Assembly (NCBI GenBank): GCA_964430265.1
Contig: CAYSEI010000005.1
Location: forward strand, 14,784-78,783
DNA length: 64,000 nt
Direction: 5' to 3'
Origin: an uncultured Pseudomonadales bacterium
GTDB taxonomy: Bacteria > Patescibacteriota > Microgenomatia > UBA1400 > CAYXSR01
The first letter of the stretch is position 1, and the number at the start of each line of letters is the position of its first letter. The notes under the pieces are model-generated. The model was not told the DNA's origin. It made no database searches and saw only the letters and a list, made by a program, of their open reading frames with translations. The position numbers and the translations under genes are program-made. Shown here piece after piece: positions 53,242 to 63,502 of the stretch.

Positions 53242-53313
53242 GCCTGGATAGCTCAGTGGCAGAGCAATCCCCTTGTAAGGGATAGGTCGTGAGTTCAACT
53301 CTCACTCCAGGCT
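53242..53313 (+). tRNA. tRNA-Thr (anticodon TGT)
   Basis: GCCTGGATAGCTCAGTGGCAGAGCAATCCCCTTGTAAGGGATAGGTCGTGAGTTCAACTCTCACTCCAGGCT; canonical cloverleaf. Confidence 0.85.
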
Positions 53314-53328
53314 CATTTTTAATTTAAA

Positions 53329-53871
53329 TTACTTTTCTTCTTTTTTCTTGGGTTTGATATTTTTTTTCAGTATCTTACGAATTCGCTTTTTTGCTTCGGA
53401 AATCGATTTACCTGTTACACAAGATATTTCTTGTGCTAATTGGCGTAAAGATCTTTTAAATACTTTGTTTTTTGAAGTAGAGCTACGGTCCAAAACATGC
53501 TTGTAAATATATACACTTTTTAAAACATCTACCAGTTCAGACGGGTCATTTGAGTTAGCCATTTTTCTTAATTTCATAGTACCGGGCAAGTTTTCTTCAT
53601 CCATTTCATCTTTAAATTCTCCCAGTAATTCCTCCAATTCTTTTTCAGTTACTGCTTTTCTCATTTTTATTTGATCAACATTGTCAACCGGAAAAGAAAC
53701 CCTTAGACTATCTTTACGTCTGCCATAACGGGGTTCAAGAAAAAAATATTTCTTTTTTTCACCATCTATTGTTTCTTTCTCTTTTTTCTCAACTATTTCA
53801 AATATTCCTTTGGGGCTAACTAACATATCCCCTACTTTAAATTCTCTGTTTTCATTATCTTCAGAAGCCAT
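53329..53871 (-). CDS. carD: CarD/CdnL-family RNA polymerase-binding transcription factor
   Basis: N-terminal FKVGDMLVSPKGIFEIVEI...YFFLEP...SFPVDNVDQIKMRK matches the CarD_CdnL_TRCF domain. Confidence 0.6.
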   Translation of the reverse strand: MASEDNENREFKVGDMLVSPKGIFEIVEKKEKETIDGEKKKYFFLEPRYGRRKDSLRVSFPVDNVDQIKMRKAVTEKELEELLGEFKDEMDEENLPGTMKLRKMANSNDPSELVDVLKSVYIYKHVLDRSSTSKNKVFKRSLRQLAQEISCVTGKSISEAKKRIRKILKKNIKPKKKEEK

Positions 53872-53988
53872 TTTTTACTCCCTTATAAATTAATATTAAA
53901 CCTTGTTTAAGCTTACCAATTTGATACATAATATGAAGAAGAACAGGTATAATTATACAAAAAACAGGGGTAAAAGTCAAAAAAGAGC

Positions 53989-55944
53989 TTAATAAATAAA
54001 TCTGCCTACTTGATATTTTTTCAACTCTTTGAGTAAGTTTTGCAATGGAACTGTTGCCACTGCAACATAGCTGTCAGCTGCCCCGTAATACACATAAACC
54101 AAACCTTCAATTACTATATTTCCACAACCAAAAACAGTATTTGCCCGAAAACCTTCATTTTCATAATCCGCTTCCGCCTCAAAAATCGGATAATCAATTC
54201 TTGCCAGAACCTGTAAAGGATTTTCCAAATCCAAAAGTGCTGCACCAAGCCGGTATCCGTCGTCTCTTGAGGAAACTCCGTGATAAAGAATAATCCAGCC
54301 TTCCTCAGTCCAGATCGGCTGCCCCCCGATCCCAATTTTTTTATCGTCCCACTTGCCTGTTCTGGGTTGCATTACAATCTCTCCTTCTACCCAGTCATCT
54401 TTGCCAAAATCCAAGTCTTCTTCAAAATCAAGCCAGATACATGGTTCTATCCTGTGAAAAATTGCATATTTACCACCGATTTTTTGCGGAAATAACGAAG
54501 CATCTTTATCTCCAATTCCCGGTGGCGATATTAAAGAAGGCTTACTCCATTCCCAATTTCTATTTAAAAAATCCTTTTCCTTTATTTTTGACATACCAAT
54601 ACGCCAATGGTCTTTACCATTAAATGCGGTATAGCACATATATAAATATTTGCCTAACTTAACAATTCTGGGATCTTCACACCCGGAAAAGCCTGGCTTT
54701 TTTTTAACTTCAAAATCCTCACGCGGAGTATAAATTGGCTCTTCCAAGCGCTCATCAATTTTAAAACCGTCTTTACTTTTTGCATAACCAATTACTGAAG
54801 TATCATCTTCCCCCATTGCCCGGTATAAAATATGGACTTCGTTGTTCAAATATATTGCTCCGGGATTAAAAGTATATTTACTTTCCCATTTATTTTCTTT
54901 TTTTGGTTTAATAATCGGATTGTCTTTAATCCTTTCTAATTTTAAATCATCTATTTCACCCATGTAATAATGCTTTTTTTTCCAGGATGTCATTTCGTGT
55001 AAAAGCTCTTTTAAATTTGTTTGTGCCATACAACAACGCGTATCTGCCGCTCCGTAATAGATGAATAACTGATTATTTTCAACTCTGGCTCCAGAAGGAA
55101 ATACAATATTGGGAATTTGTCCATATTTTTCATATTCCTCCTGCGGAACCAATAAAGGTTCCTGTGTCTTGCCAATAATTTTTAAAGGATCATTTTTATC
55201 AAGCAAAACAGCCTGGATTTCAAAAACTTTGGGAGAAGACAAGTAGTTTCTGATATAGCTGTAAACAAGCAAAAAACCCTTATCAGTTTCAACAGGCGCA
55301 GCCCCTACTTCAATATGATCCTCTCTTTTTAACTGCAAAGGGAGATCATATTTGTCTACTGCTAAACGCCAGTTCTGCCAATATTTTCGATCCCAAAGAT
55401 CTTCAATCTTATTAAAAAAAGCCAGTGCAACATGCGCGGGTGGAGAATCCGTATCCACAGTTAAAACCGCTACATATTGTCCGTTTATTTTTCTGGGAAA
55501 AAGTCCCATTGCTTTAGAGTTAAAATGGGTAACCAAATGCTTTTCATCAATAGTTTTAAAATCCTTAGTCAAAGCAACCCCAATCTTAATTCCATAAGCA
55601 TTGGGAGGATAATTAGAAAGCGCTGTATAAAAAATATAAAAGGTATCATCCACTTTACAAACTCTGGGATCCTCACATCCATACATTTCCCAATCCTTTT
55701 CAGGGACAATCAACTCGCGTCTATTTTTAAAATTGTCTTTTTCTTTTCCTTCCGCCACCCCAATGGTGGAAAGAGAAATTTCCTGACCATGCCATTCCTT
55801 GGGAGAAGATTCAGCTCGATAAAGCATAAAATAGTTTTTACCTTTTTTGGCAATGCTGGGGTTAAATACTGCCTTTGCTTCCCAATCACTCTCATGATTA
55901 GGGCCTAAAATTGGATTATTGGAATAACGCTTAACTTTTACCAT
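53989..55944 (-). CDS. Tandem-domain GH130-family (DUF377) glycoside phosphorylase-like protein
   Basis: Two copies of the N.P...P....WE....FNP......v..lYRA block (NPILGPNHESDWEAKAVFNPS...LYRA and NPIIKPKKENKWESKYTFNPG...LYRA). Confidence 0.65.
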   Translation of the reverse strand: MVKVKRYSNNPILGPNHESDWEAKAVFNPSIAKKGKNYFMLYRAESSPKEWHGQEISLSTIGVAEGKEKDNFKNRRELIVPEKDWEMYGCEDPRVCKVDDTFYIFYTALSNYPPNAYGIKIGVALTKDFKTIDEKHLVTHFNSKAMGLFPRKINGQYVAVLTVDTDSPPAHVALAFFNKIEDLWDRKYWQNWRLAVDKYDLPLQLKREDHIEVGAAPVETDKGFLLVYSYIRNYLSSPKVFEIQAVLLDKNDPLKIIGKTQEPLLVPQEEYEKYGQIPNIVFPSGARVENNQLFIYYGAADTRCCMAQTNLKELLHEMTSWKKKHYYMGEIDDLKLERIKDNPIIKPKKENKWESKYTFNPGAIYLNNEVHILYRAMGEDDTSVIGYAKSKDGFKIDERLEEPIYTPREDFEVKKKPGFSGCEDPRIVKLGKYLYMCYTAFNGKDHWRIGMSKIKEKDFLNRNWEWSKPSLISPPGIGDKDASLFPQKIGGKYAIFHRIEPCIWLDFEEDLDFGKDDWVEGEIVMQPRTGKWDDKKIGIGGQPIWTEEGWIILYHGVSSRDDGYRLGAALLDLENPLQVLARIDYPIFEAEADYENEGFRANTVFGCGNIVIEGLVYVYYGAADSYVAVATVPLQNLLKELKKYQVGRFIY

Positions 55945-55957
55945 AAAGCCTTTAATT

Positions 55958-57769
55958 TTATACTATCTTAAGATTTGCGGTTCCTGAAGTTTTTAATTCG
56001 TTTAAAAATTGATCCATTTTTGCTTCCGCTCCGCAAGTAACTGTATCTGCACCGCCATAATATACTAATAGTTTACCGTCTTTTTCTACTGCTCCGCAAG
56101 GGTAAGCTACCCCAGCTTTAAAACCTTGGTTTTCATACCAACACTGTGGCTCTAAAATTGGAGAATTTGTCCGATATAAAACTTTTTTGGGGTCATCTTT
56201 ATCCAGAAGCATAGCTCCCATTTTGTAATCGTAACAACCTTTGTCAGCTACTGCATGATAGATAACCAGCCAACCCTCGTCAGTTTCAATCGGTGTTGGA
56301 CCCACTCCCACTTTGCGACTGTCCCAGCGCTCTTTTCTTGGCTCTATTTTGTACTTACCTTGCAAAAACTTTGTTTCTCCGTCAAAATCTAGGTCGTCTA
56401 CGTAATCAATTAGAATATTGGGATATATCCGATGAAATATTACATACTTACCGTTTACTTTTTTAGGCAAGATACAAGAATTTTTGTCAACTACGCCGGG
56501 TTTGGAAATTAAAACCGGATCCTCCCAATTCCAATTCTGGTTACGGAAATCGTTTTCATCAATTGAAGACATTGCCACTCGAGGGTGACTGTAACCACTG
56601 TAAGCAACATATGTCAGATATATACGTCCTTCCAACCTTGTCAAACGCGGATCTTCACATCCTCCCCATCCTCCTCCAGAAGCATAAGGAGTATAACCTT
56701 GCGGTGCTCCCATATGTGCACCTTCAAATTTTTTACGGGGATAATAAACCGGCTCATTTAAACGCTTTTTAATTTTAACTCCGTCTTCACTTGAAGCATA
56801 ACCTAAAACAGACCTTCCGTCATCTCCTACCGCACGGTAAAGAATATGGACTTCATCATCCAATTTAACTGCCGCCGGATTGAAAACAGCCTGCGATTCC
56901 CAAAAATTTTCTTTGATTGGGCCTAAAAGAGGATTATTTTTAAATTTATTCAATAAAGGAATGGGTGAACTGAACTTAACTTCTTCTTTAAATTCCGGCC
57001 GAGGATAAAAATGGTTTTCTGCAAAAATACCCTCACCTTTAATTTGCCAATAAGAAAAAATCTGGTTTTTGTGTCCAATTACTCCGATTGGGCTAACTTC
57101 TTTTTCTTCCCAGCTTTGCGGTTGTTTCCATAAAGACGAACCTTTTTCCCAAATTATTTTCTCCGGGTTATTTTTATCAACCAAAACCAATTCCAAGCTG
57201 TAGTTACTATTATTTTCAGGATTGTATAAAAAGAAAATAATTAAATTTCCACCGCTTAAGGGGATAATATTACCAATCTTAATCACTCTTTTATCCTGTA
57301 GTTTGGGATCTAATCCCAAAATCGGTTTTTCTGCCTTTTCCCAATTTACAAAATCTTTTGAATAAGCAACTTTTAATTCTTTTTCACCATAATACAAAAC
57401 TACTTTGTCATTATGTTTATAGCTGGGAACTAACATTCCTAATTTACTAATTCCTTTGATTTTTCCTACTTCTCCCCAGTGAGTTAAATCATCAGAATAA
57501 GCAAGTTTTAAATTTTTGTTGCGCAGGTAGGTTAAAAAATAGTGTTCTGCAAAAAAAGCCGGCCGCCATTCCTTAATCTCAGCTACTTTTATATCTTCAC
57601 CAGTTTTACTTTTTAAAACAAGCTTTTTTTTGAACGGCTCAAAATCAAATCCATCGCGGCTTTCGTTGATAGCAAAGTTTTTCTTTGATTTTTTACCAGA
57701 CCCAAAAAGAAGAATCCTTTTCCCAATATTTGCAACACCTAATCCAGTAAAGGCATTTTTTCCTTCCAT
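55958..57769 (-). CDS. GH130-family (DUF377) glycoside phosphorylase-like protein, paralog of 53989..55944
   Basis: NPLLGPIKENFWESQAVFNPAAVKLDDEVHILYRAVGDDGRSVLGYA block; 603 aa. Confidence 0.65.
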   Translation of the reverse strand: MEGKNAFTGLGVANIGKRILLFGSGKKSKKNFAINESRDGFDFEPFKKKLVLKSKTGEDIKVAEIKEWRPAFFAEHYFLTYLRNKNLKLAYSDDLTHWGEVGKIKGISKLGMLVPSYKHNDKVVLYYGEKELKVAYSKDFVNWEKAEKPILGLDPKLQDKRVIKIGNIIPLSGGNLIIFFLYNPENNSNYSLELVLVDKNNPEKIIWEKGSSLWKQPQSWEEKEVSPIGVIGHKNQIFSYWQIKGEGIFAENHFYPRPEFKEEVKFSSPIPLLNKFKNNPLLGPIKENFWESQAVFNPAAVKLDDEVHILYRAVGDDGRSVLGYASSEDGVKIKKRLNEPVYYPRKKFEGAHMGAPQGYTPYASGGGWGGCEDPRLTRLEGRIYLTYVAYSGYSHPRVAMSSIDENDFRNQNWNWEDPVLISKPGVVDKNSCILPKKVNGKYVIFHRIYPNILIDYVDDLDFDGETKFLQGKYKIEPRKERWDSRKVGVGPTPIETDEGWLVIYHAVADKGCYDYKMGAMLLDKDDPKKVLYRTNSPILEPQCWYENQGFKAGVAYPCGAVEKDGKLLVYYGGADTVTCGAEAKMDQFLNELKTSGTANLKIV

Positions 57770-57834
57770 ATCATCATAATATCAACATTAAATATTTTTG
57801 TCTATTTGTATTTTTAAATTAGCCATTTTTTCAA

Positions 57835-57863
57835 TTGAAACTAAGTTCCAAAATAGATAGAAT
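57835..57863 (+). promoter_or_regulatory. Sigma70-like promoter for the dps-like gene
   Basis: TTGAAA (57835..57840), 17-bp spacer, TAGAAT (57858..57863); SD AAGGAGG 7 nt before the ATG at 57885. Confidence 0.5.
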
Positions 57864-57884
57864 TATATGTGAAAGGAGGTCTCA

Positions 57885-58367
57885 ATGGGAACAGAAGGTA
57901 AAAAAATTGTTGGCCTAGACATTGATGAACTTGTTAAAAAATTAAACCAGGCATTGGCAGACGAATGGCTCGCCTATTACCAATATTGGATTGGTGCCAA
58001 AATTGCAATGGGACCAATGCGAGGAGCCGTTGTTGTAGAGTTGGTTGAACATGCAAACGACGAACTCAGACACGCTGATATGCTGGTAGAACGCATTCTA
58101 CAATTGGGGGGAACTCCAATTATAGAGCCAAAAGAATGGTATGAATTAACCAACTGCGGTTATGAAACACCAAAAAACCCCAAGGTTTCTGCTCTTTTAA
58201 AGCAGAACATTAAAGGAGAACAATGTGCAATCAAAGTCTATTCCAAACTTGCAAAAATGACCAAAGACAAAGATCCACTCACCTACAATATGATTGTAGA
58301 AATTTTGACTGATGAAGTTGAACACGAAGAGGATCTGGAAGCTTTACAAGAAGACATGCAAGTATAA
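57885..58367 (+). CDS. dps: Dps-family ferritin-like protein
   Basis: 160 aa four-helix bundle with LNQALADEWLAYYQYW...ELVEHANDELRHADMLVERILQLGGTP pattern. Confidence 0.7.
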   Translation: MGTEGKKIVGLDIDELVKKLNQALADEWLAYYQYWIGAKIAMGPMRGAVVVELVEHANDELRHADMLVERILQLGGTPIIEPKEWYELTNCGYETPKNPKVSALLKQNIKGEQCAIKVYSKLAKMTKDKDPLTYNMIVEILTDEVEHEEDLEALQEDMQV

Positions 58368-58390
58368 AAGCTTTATTAAAAAGCTTAAAG

Positions 58391-58421
58391 GGCCCGGAAT
58401 TTATTTCCGGGTCTTTTTTTT
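58391..58421 (+). terminator. Rho-independent terminator after dps (overlaps the stop of the convergent gene)
   Basis: GGCCCGGAA-tttattt-CCGGGTC followed by T9. Confidence 0.65.
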
Positions 58422-59021
58422 GAATTTTAAAGTCTTTTTATAGTCCCTTGCTGCTTCAAAGAAAAAGTAGGAAAAATAAAAAAGCAAAGGCATGCCGCTA
58501 AAAGCAATCAAAGGAATTCTTCCCATTAAAAACAAAATGGTTATTATCAAACCGGCCAATGCATTATCAATAAAACCAAAAATCATTACATAGTAAGCAA
58601 TTTTTTCTTTGTAAAAACGGTACGGTAGATAGTAAATAGCTGCACCCAATAAAGACATTCCTCCTAAAATCCTCCAGTAGATTGATCCTAATCCCATAAT
58701 TTCACTTAAGTAACGAGGCGATAATAACAAGAAAATTCCCCAAGGAAACACTAATAGAATCAGATTTACCAAAAGTGTCTGCTTAAACCAATCCATACGT
58801 TCTTTAATCCTTTTTTTGCTCAGCTTATGCCCTTTATCAATTAGGATCAAATATACAAAGAGTGAATAAAAAGATAAAATAATCCAGCTTTCATATGCCC
58901 ATAATCTGCGGTCAAGCACTACTGATCTTGGTGTACTGACAAAATGATAAAAAGCATACAAAAAACCGGTAATAAAATTCAAGTGGATAAAAAAATAAAA
59001 AAGCCTTTTTGTTCTATTCAT
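58401..59021 (-). CDS. Hypothetical polytopic membrane protein
   Basis: 206 aa, 5-6 predicted TM helices. Confidence 0.4.
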   Translation of the reverse strand: MNRTKRLFYFFIHLNFITGFLYAFYHFVSTPRSVVLDRRLWAYESWIILSFYSLFVYLILIDKGHKLSKKRIKERMDWFKQTLLVNLILLVFPWGIFLLLSPRYLSEIMGLGSIYWRILGGMSLLGAAIYYLPYRFYKEKIAYYVMIFGFIDNALAGLIITILFLMGRIPLIAFSGMPLLFYFSYFFFEAARDYKKTLKFKKKTRK

Positions 59022-59071
59022 ATTTATATTTTAAAATTTGATTTGCAATAAAGTCAAATTACAATCTAAAC

Positions 59072-59755
59072 TTAATTTGCAGGTGCTTTACCGTAAATAA
59101 CCACTTCCGTTCCCGGATTGTCCTGGCTAGCATAAACACTTTGCCTGCCATTCAGCTCCGGCTTTGCCCAATAATATAATTTAGCAGCGTCTTCTGTTCT
59201 TAAATTAATACATCCATGTGACATCGGATTCCCAAAATTATTGTGCCAATAAGTTCCATGGAGAGCAAAACCGCGCCAACGCGCAATTCGGTTATTAGCA
59301 AAAAACATTGTATAGGGAACATTAGGAAGATAATAATAAGTACCCAATTCTTTGGAACCGCCTTCCATAAGCGTATAGCGTAATTTAACCCAAATTCTAA
59401 ATGTTCCGGTAGGCGTCCATCCCCATTTTCCGGATGACACTAAAAAGTTGTGAACCAATTCATTACCTTCAAATGCATACAAACGCTGCTTATTTAAATC
59501 AACATAGATTCTTTTTTTGGCAGTACTTTCTCCTAAAACAGCTTCTTCATCTTTCTTTTCCGGACTGTATGTATAAGTTACTCGTGGATCTGTACATGAG
59601 TTAAATTTACCACCATGAAAATCAGCTACTTTTTCTTCCGGTTTATACCTGCCTGACAAATCAAACTCATACGGTTGCGTATATTTAAATGCCATGAGGG
59701 AAAGGATAAAAAGGTTAAAAGCTCCCAGCAGTTTTATAAATCCATTATCTTTCAT
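59072..59755 (-). CDS. L,D-transpeptidase (YkuD family)
   Basis: N-terminal TM; catalytic HGTYWHNNFGNPMSHGCINL motif. Confidence 0.85.
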   Translation of the reverse strand: MKDNGFIKLLGAFNLFILSLMAFKYTQPYEFDLSGRYKPEEKVADFHGGKFNSCTDPRVTYTYSPEKKDEEAVLGESTAKKRIYVDLNKQRLYAFEGNELVHNFLVSSGKWGWTPTGTFRIWVKLRYTLMEGGSKELGTYYYLPNVPYTMFFANNRIARWRGFALHGTYWHNNFGNPMSHGCINLRTEDAAKLYYWAKPELNGRQSVYASQDNPGTEVVIYGKAPAN

Positions 59756-59767
59756 CTTTTTAATATA

Positions 59768-60547
59768 TCATTTTTTAAAAAACTTAAACAATTCTAGCCA
59801 GTTTTCCAAGCAAAGATTAGTTGGCTTACTATTAAAATCAATTCTTAGTTTCTGGGTAATATAGTTTAATTCCTTGTTGGAGAAATAACTACTTAAATTC
59901 TGATTAATTCTTCTTCCACCTTTGTATCCATTTTCAACAAAATTCTTATACTCTTTTTCTTGTGATCTTCTTAATAAAGCTTTTTTTCTTTGTGAAATTT
60001 TTAAAAGAACTGTGTTTACTTTTGCCTTAGGTTTAAAATCACTTTTATCAAACTGATGCATAACTTCAAAAGTAAACCAGGGACCATAAAGAACAGAGAA
60101 CATTGAATTTGTTTTTATACCTGCCCATCTTAATGCAGGCTTTTTAATTAAAACCAAGCAAGCCTCCTTAGGTGGGTTTTTAGCATTTAATAGTTTTCTA
60201 ATTAATTCTCCTTCAATATAAAAAGGCGGATTACTAAATACTTTGTATTCTGATCTTGGCAAAGGGAATTCAAGCACATCGGCCTGGAAAAGAACAACAT
60301 TTTCAGCTACTCTATTTTTTAAAAATTCAATTAGAGAAGTATCAATTTCAACTGCTATGACCTGATTACTTAACTCCGACAACTCGTGGGTAATGATTCC
60401 TTTTCCCGGACCCACTTCAAAAACCACATCTTTTTTATCAATAGAAGACTTGCCAAGCAGATATTTAACAAGCTGCCGGCTGTATAAAAAATTCTGGGAG
60501 AGAGACCGTTTTGATTTGAACATCACAACGGCCCCTGACTGTAACAA
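59768..60547 (-). CDS. rRNA adenine N-6 dimethyltransferase family (KsgA/RsmA or Erm-like)
   Basis: LSQNFLYS start, EVGPGKGIIT SAM motif, FSNPPFYI substrate motif; 259 aa. Confidence 0.6.
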   Translation of the reverse strand: MLQSGAVVMFKSKRSLSQNFLYSRQLVKYLLGKSSIDKKDVVFEVGPGKGIITHELSELSNQVIAVEIDTSLIEFLKNRVAENVVLFQADVLEFPLPRSEYKVFSNPPFYIEGELIRKLLNAKNPPKEACLVLIKKPALRWAGIKTNSMFSVLYGPWFTFEVMHQFDKSDFKPKAKVNTVLLKISQRKKALLRRSQEKEYKNFVENGYKGGRRINQNLSSYFSNKELNYITQKLRIDFNSKPTNLCLENWLELFKFFKK

Positions 60548-60672
60548 ATATCATAACACCTAAATTATACCACTTTTCTTACTTAATTTTTACTTTAATC
60601 TTACCTGTATTTAAAACCAGAACAATAATATAACTATGTAAATAAAATTAAATAACAAATTAAGGAGTAAAA

Positions 60673-61110
60673 ATGAATATAAAAAGTAATGCTTTTGAAC
60701 ACAATGGTTTTATCCCCTCTAAATATACTTGTGACGCGCAAAATATTAATCCACCACTTGAGTTTTCAGATGTTCCTAAGAATACAAAAAGTTTGGCATT
60801 GATTGTTGAAGACCCGGATGCTCCTGGCCAAACCTGGGATCATTGGCTCCTATGGAATATTTCTCCGGACACCAAAAAAATTAAAAAAGGAAAAATGCCT
60901 GAAGAAGCAATAGCAGGAACAAATGATTTTAATAAAACTACTTATGGCGGTCCTTGCCCTCCATCTGGAACACACCGCTACTTTTTCAAGCTTTATGCTT
61001 TAAACAAAAAACTGGAACTAAAAAAAGGGGCGGATAAAAACACCTTGTTGCCACAGCTTAAAAAACATCAGCTTGATTATGCAGAGCTGGTCGGCAAATA
61101 TTCCCGGTAA
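60673..61110 (+). CDS. YbhB/YbcL-family phosphatidylethanolamine-binding (PEBP/RKIP-like) protein
   Basis: DPDAPGQTWDHWLLWNI...GPCPPSGTHRYFFKLYAL. Confidence 0.8.
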   Translation: MNIKSNAFEHNGFIPSKYTCDAQNINPPLEFSDVPKNTKSLALIVEDPDAPGQTWDHWLLWNISPDTKKIKKGKMPEEAIAGTNDFNKTTYGGPCPPSGTHRYFFKLYALNKKLELKKGADKNTLLPQLKKHQLDYAELVGKYSR

Positions 61111-61191
61111 GTAAAAGCTTTATAAAAAGATTTCAAGTCTTTTTTACTCATATAACTTTGCTTATTTATAAAAAAGCTATATTACTTCACC

Positions 61192-62004
61192 CTAATCTCT
61201 TTTTATTTCCTTTAAAAATAGCTGTGTAAAATATGTGCTTAAACCAATAATTAAGATAATTAAATATCCTGGTAAAGGAAAAGCAATATTGTTTTGCAAA
61301 CAAGAAACAATAAACAAAGAAACTATACCAATTCCCATTGTGGCAGCAAAAACCATAAAAGGTACTGCAAAAAACAAACCCAAACCTTTTCTTTTTTTTA
61401 TTATCTGGGAGACAATAATCATTCCTGGAAGAATAAAGGCTAAATCAAGAACATGGACTGGATTTGTTAGCAATCCTGTATCCTGCAAAATTTCCGGTTT
61501 TTCAAAAGAAAAAAGAACCGGGGCTATTTCACTTAGCCACAAAAAACTAAATAAAACAGCAATAGTAATTAAAAGTTGTCTGGCTTTTTGTGCCTGTTTG
61601 TTTTTATTAAGGATTTTAAATATTTTTTTAAGTTTAATTTCCAACATACTACTTAAAGGAACATAAAAAGAAAGACCTAAAATTGCTACATAAACAAGAA
61701 ACAAGTAATTAAAATGAATTGCAAAACTATAAATTGCAAATGCATATAACAGATATAGATAACAACCTAACCACACAAAGTATGCACGTAGTGATTTTTT
61801 GTTTAAATAGTAAGAAGAAATGATTAAAACAATAACTACCAAAATGTTTGCAATATCCTGTCCCAAAGCTTGTGAAGCCCAGTTAGCTGTTTCTTGAATA
61901 TATGTTTTCTTCCAAAAAATACCTAACAAGCTTGTAAGAGTAACAAAAAAAGCATTTAAATAGGATAAATATATATAAACTGAGGAAACTTTAATTCTTT
62001 GCAC
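61192..62004 (-). CDS. Hypothetical polytopic membrane protein
   Basis: 270 aa, about 8 TM helices. Confidence 0.4.
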   Translation of the reverse strand: MQRIKVSSVYIYLSYLNAFFVTLTSLLGIFWKKTYIQETANWASQALGQDIANILVVIVLIISSYYLNKKSLRAYFVWLGCYLYLLYAFAIYSFAIHFNYLFLVYVAILGLSFYVPLSSMLEIKLKKIFKILNKNKQAQKARQLLITIAVLFSFLWLSEIAPVLFSFEKPEILQDTGLLTNPVHVLDLAFILPGMIIVSQIIKKRKGLGLFFAVPFMVFAATMGIGIVSLFIVSCLQNNIAFPLPGYLIILIIGLSTYFTQLFLKEIKRD

Positions 62005-62043
62005 AATTATGTTTTGGTAACTTTATTACGTCTCTTTGGCTAT

Positions 62044-62541
62044 TTAGTTTAATTGGTTTAATCCTTCTCTTACCCCTATTTTAAGCAGCTCCGTAAAAAT
62101 TGTCGGATCAAGTATATACACTAAAGCAAAAGAAGAAATAAAAATAATAACTGCCAACCAGATTGTAAATCTACCCCTTGTATTAGTAATCAAAATAACA
62201 GACAAAATTGCCAACAATGTAGGACCTAAAATTCGCAGATCACCTAATGGTACCCAATATCCTCCAATCATTTTTTCTGTTTCACCTAAAAACTCAGCAA
62301 GATTAACCTCTACATTAAAAAGAATTAGAGCAATTTCAGCAATGATAACCGCCAACATTCCCACTGAGGCAAACTTTGTAGACTTTCCTTCAGTACGATA
62401 TACTTCATACCCCACCACCGGCAAAAGAAAAATTGCTAATATTAAAGCGCTTTGCTGCAGTAAAGCCCAAATTATACCAACAAAAGCCAGTATTGATAAT
62501 AATGTACAAATCCTAGGTGCATTTTTGTATGCTTTAGCCAT
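62044..62541 (-). CDS. Hypothetical membrane protein
   Basis: 165 aa, 4-5 TM helices. Confidence 0.4.
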   Translation of the reverse strand: MAKAYKNAPRICTLLSILAFVGIIWALLQQSALILAIFLLPVVGYEVYRTEGKSTKFASVGMLAVIIAEIALILFNVEVNLAEFLGETEKMIGGYWVPLGDLRILGPTLLAILSVILITNTRGRFTIWLAVIIFISSFALVYILDPTIFTELLKIGVREGLNQLN

Positions 62542-62611
62542 AATTGTTCCTTCTTTAAATTAATATTTATCTTATTGTAGCTTGTCAAGGGATTTAAATA
62601 AATACTAAAAA

Positions 62612-63367
62612 TTATAAGTTTTCCAACAAGGCTTGTGTAGCTTCTTCAGCTGGAACATGAAACTTTTTTTCATAAATTAACATTGCATCCGCATCTGTTA
62701 ATGATTGCATACCTATTGCGCTAGTATTGCCATTTCTAGGGAGAGGAGACGCCTGGATTTCTACACCACCACCTATTCCTTCAAGATCTTGAAAACTTTC
62801 ACCCCAAAAAGACTCTATTTCTCCATATCCAGTTGTAATTAAAACCCCTCCTATTTCTAAAGATTCAATGATATAACCCCAATAATTGCTCGGCAAAAAA
62901 GTCCTCCAACTAACAAATGCAGGAACACTTTGCACAGGTAGTTCTTTTAAAAAACCCTCAGCTCTAATATGGCTAAAATAAATTTCTCTCAGACTTTCAT
63001 GTCGAAAACCCTTTACAACCCAAGAAACATCTGGCTCCTTTATCTCAAATATAAACATTAACCTAAGTGCAGCTTGCAAATTTTTAGTCAACCATTCCCA
63101 CTCAGTAAAATCCGCATAATTTGGATCAATAGCCATTACTTTTTCTACTCCCAATAATGAAAAAGCGCGCAAAGGATTTCTTGCCGCTCCAATATCTATT
63201 GCCCATTTCGCTCTTCCTTTTAATTCTTCTTTTAACCTTAGAAATTCCGCTTTCCCCAATTTTTTTGCTAAAGAAAAATCAATTGTTTTTAATAATTCCC
63301 AATCCCTTTTTTCTCGAGCAATTTTTTCTGGGCTTATAGTAGTTTGTAATTCTGGTCCAATTTTCAT
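62612..63367 (-). CDS. Hypothetical protein
   Basis: 251-aa ORF with good coding continuity; weak Rossmann-like AIDIGAARNP. Confidence 0.35.
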   Translation of the reverse strand: MKIGPELQTTISPEKIAREKRDWELLKTIDFSLAKKLGKAEFLRLKEELKGRAKWAIDIGAARNPLRAFSLLGVEKVMAIDPNYADFTEWEWLTKNLQAALRLMFIFEIKEPDVSWVVKGFRHESLREIYFSHIRAEGFLKELPVQSVPAFVSWRTFLPSNYWGYIIESLEIGGVLITTGYGEIESFWGESFQDLEGIGGGVEIQASPLPRNGNTSAIGMQSLTDADAMLIYEKKFHVPAEEATQALLENL

Positions 63368-63502
63368 TTTAGTTTTCCAATTCTATCAGAAAACAGACGT
63401 TCTTTAAACTTTCTTACACAAATTTAGCAATTTTTTTATTTTTTATAATTAAAATAAGGTTAGTTAATAAAAATTAGATTTTTTAATATATAATGTTAGT
63501 CT

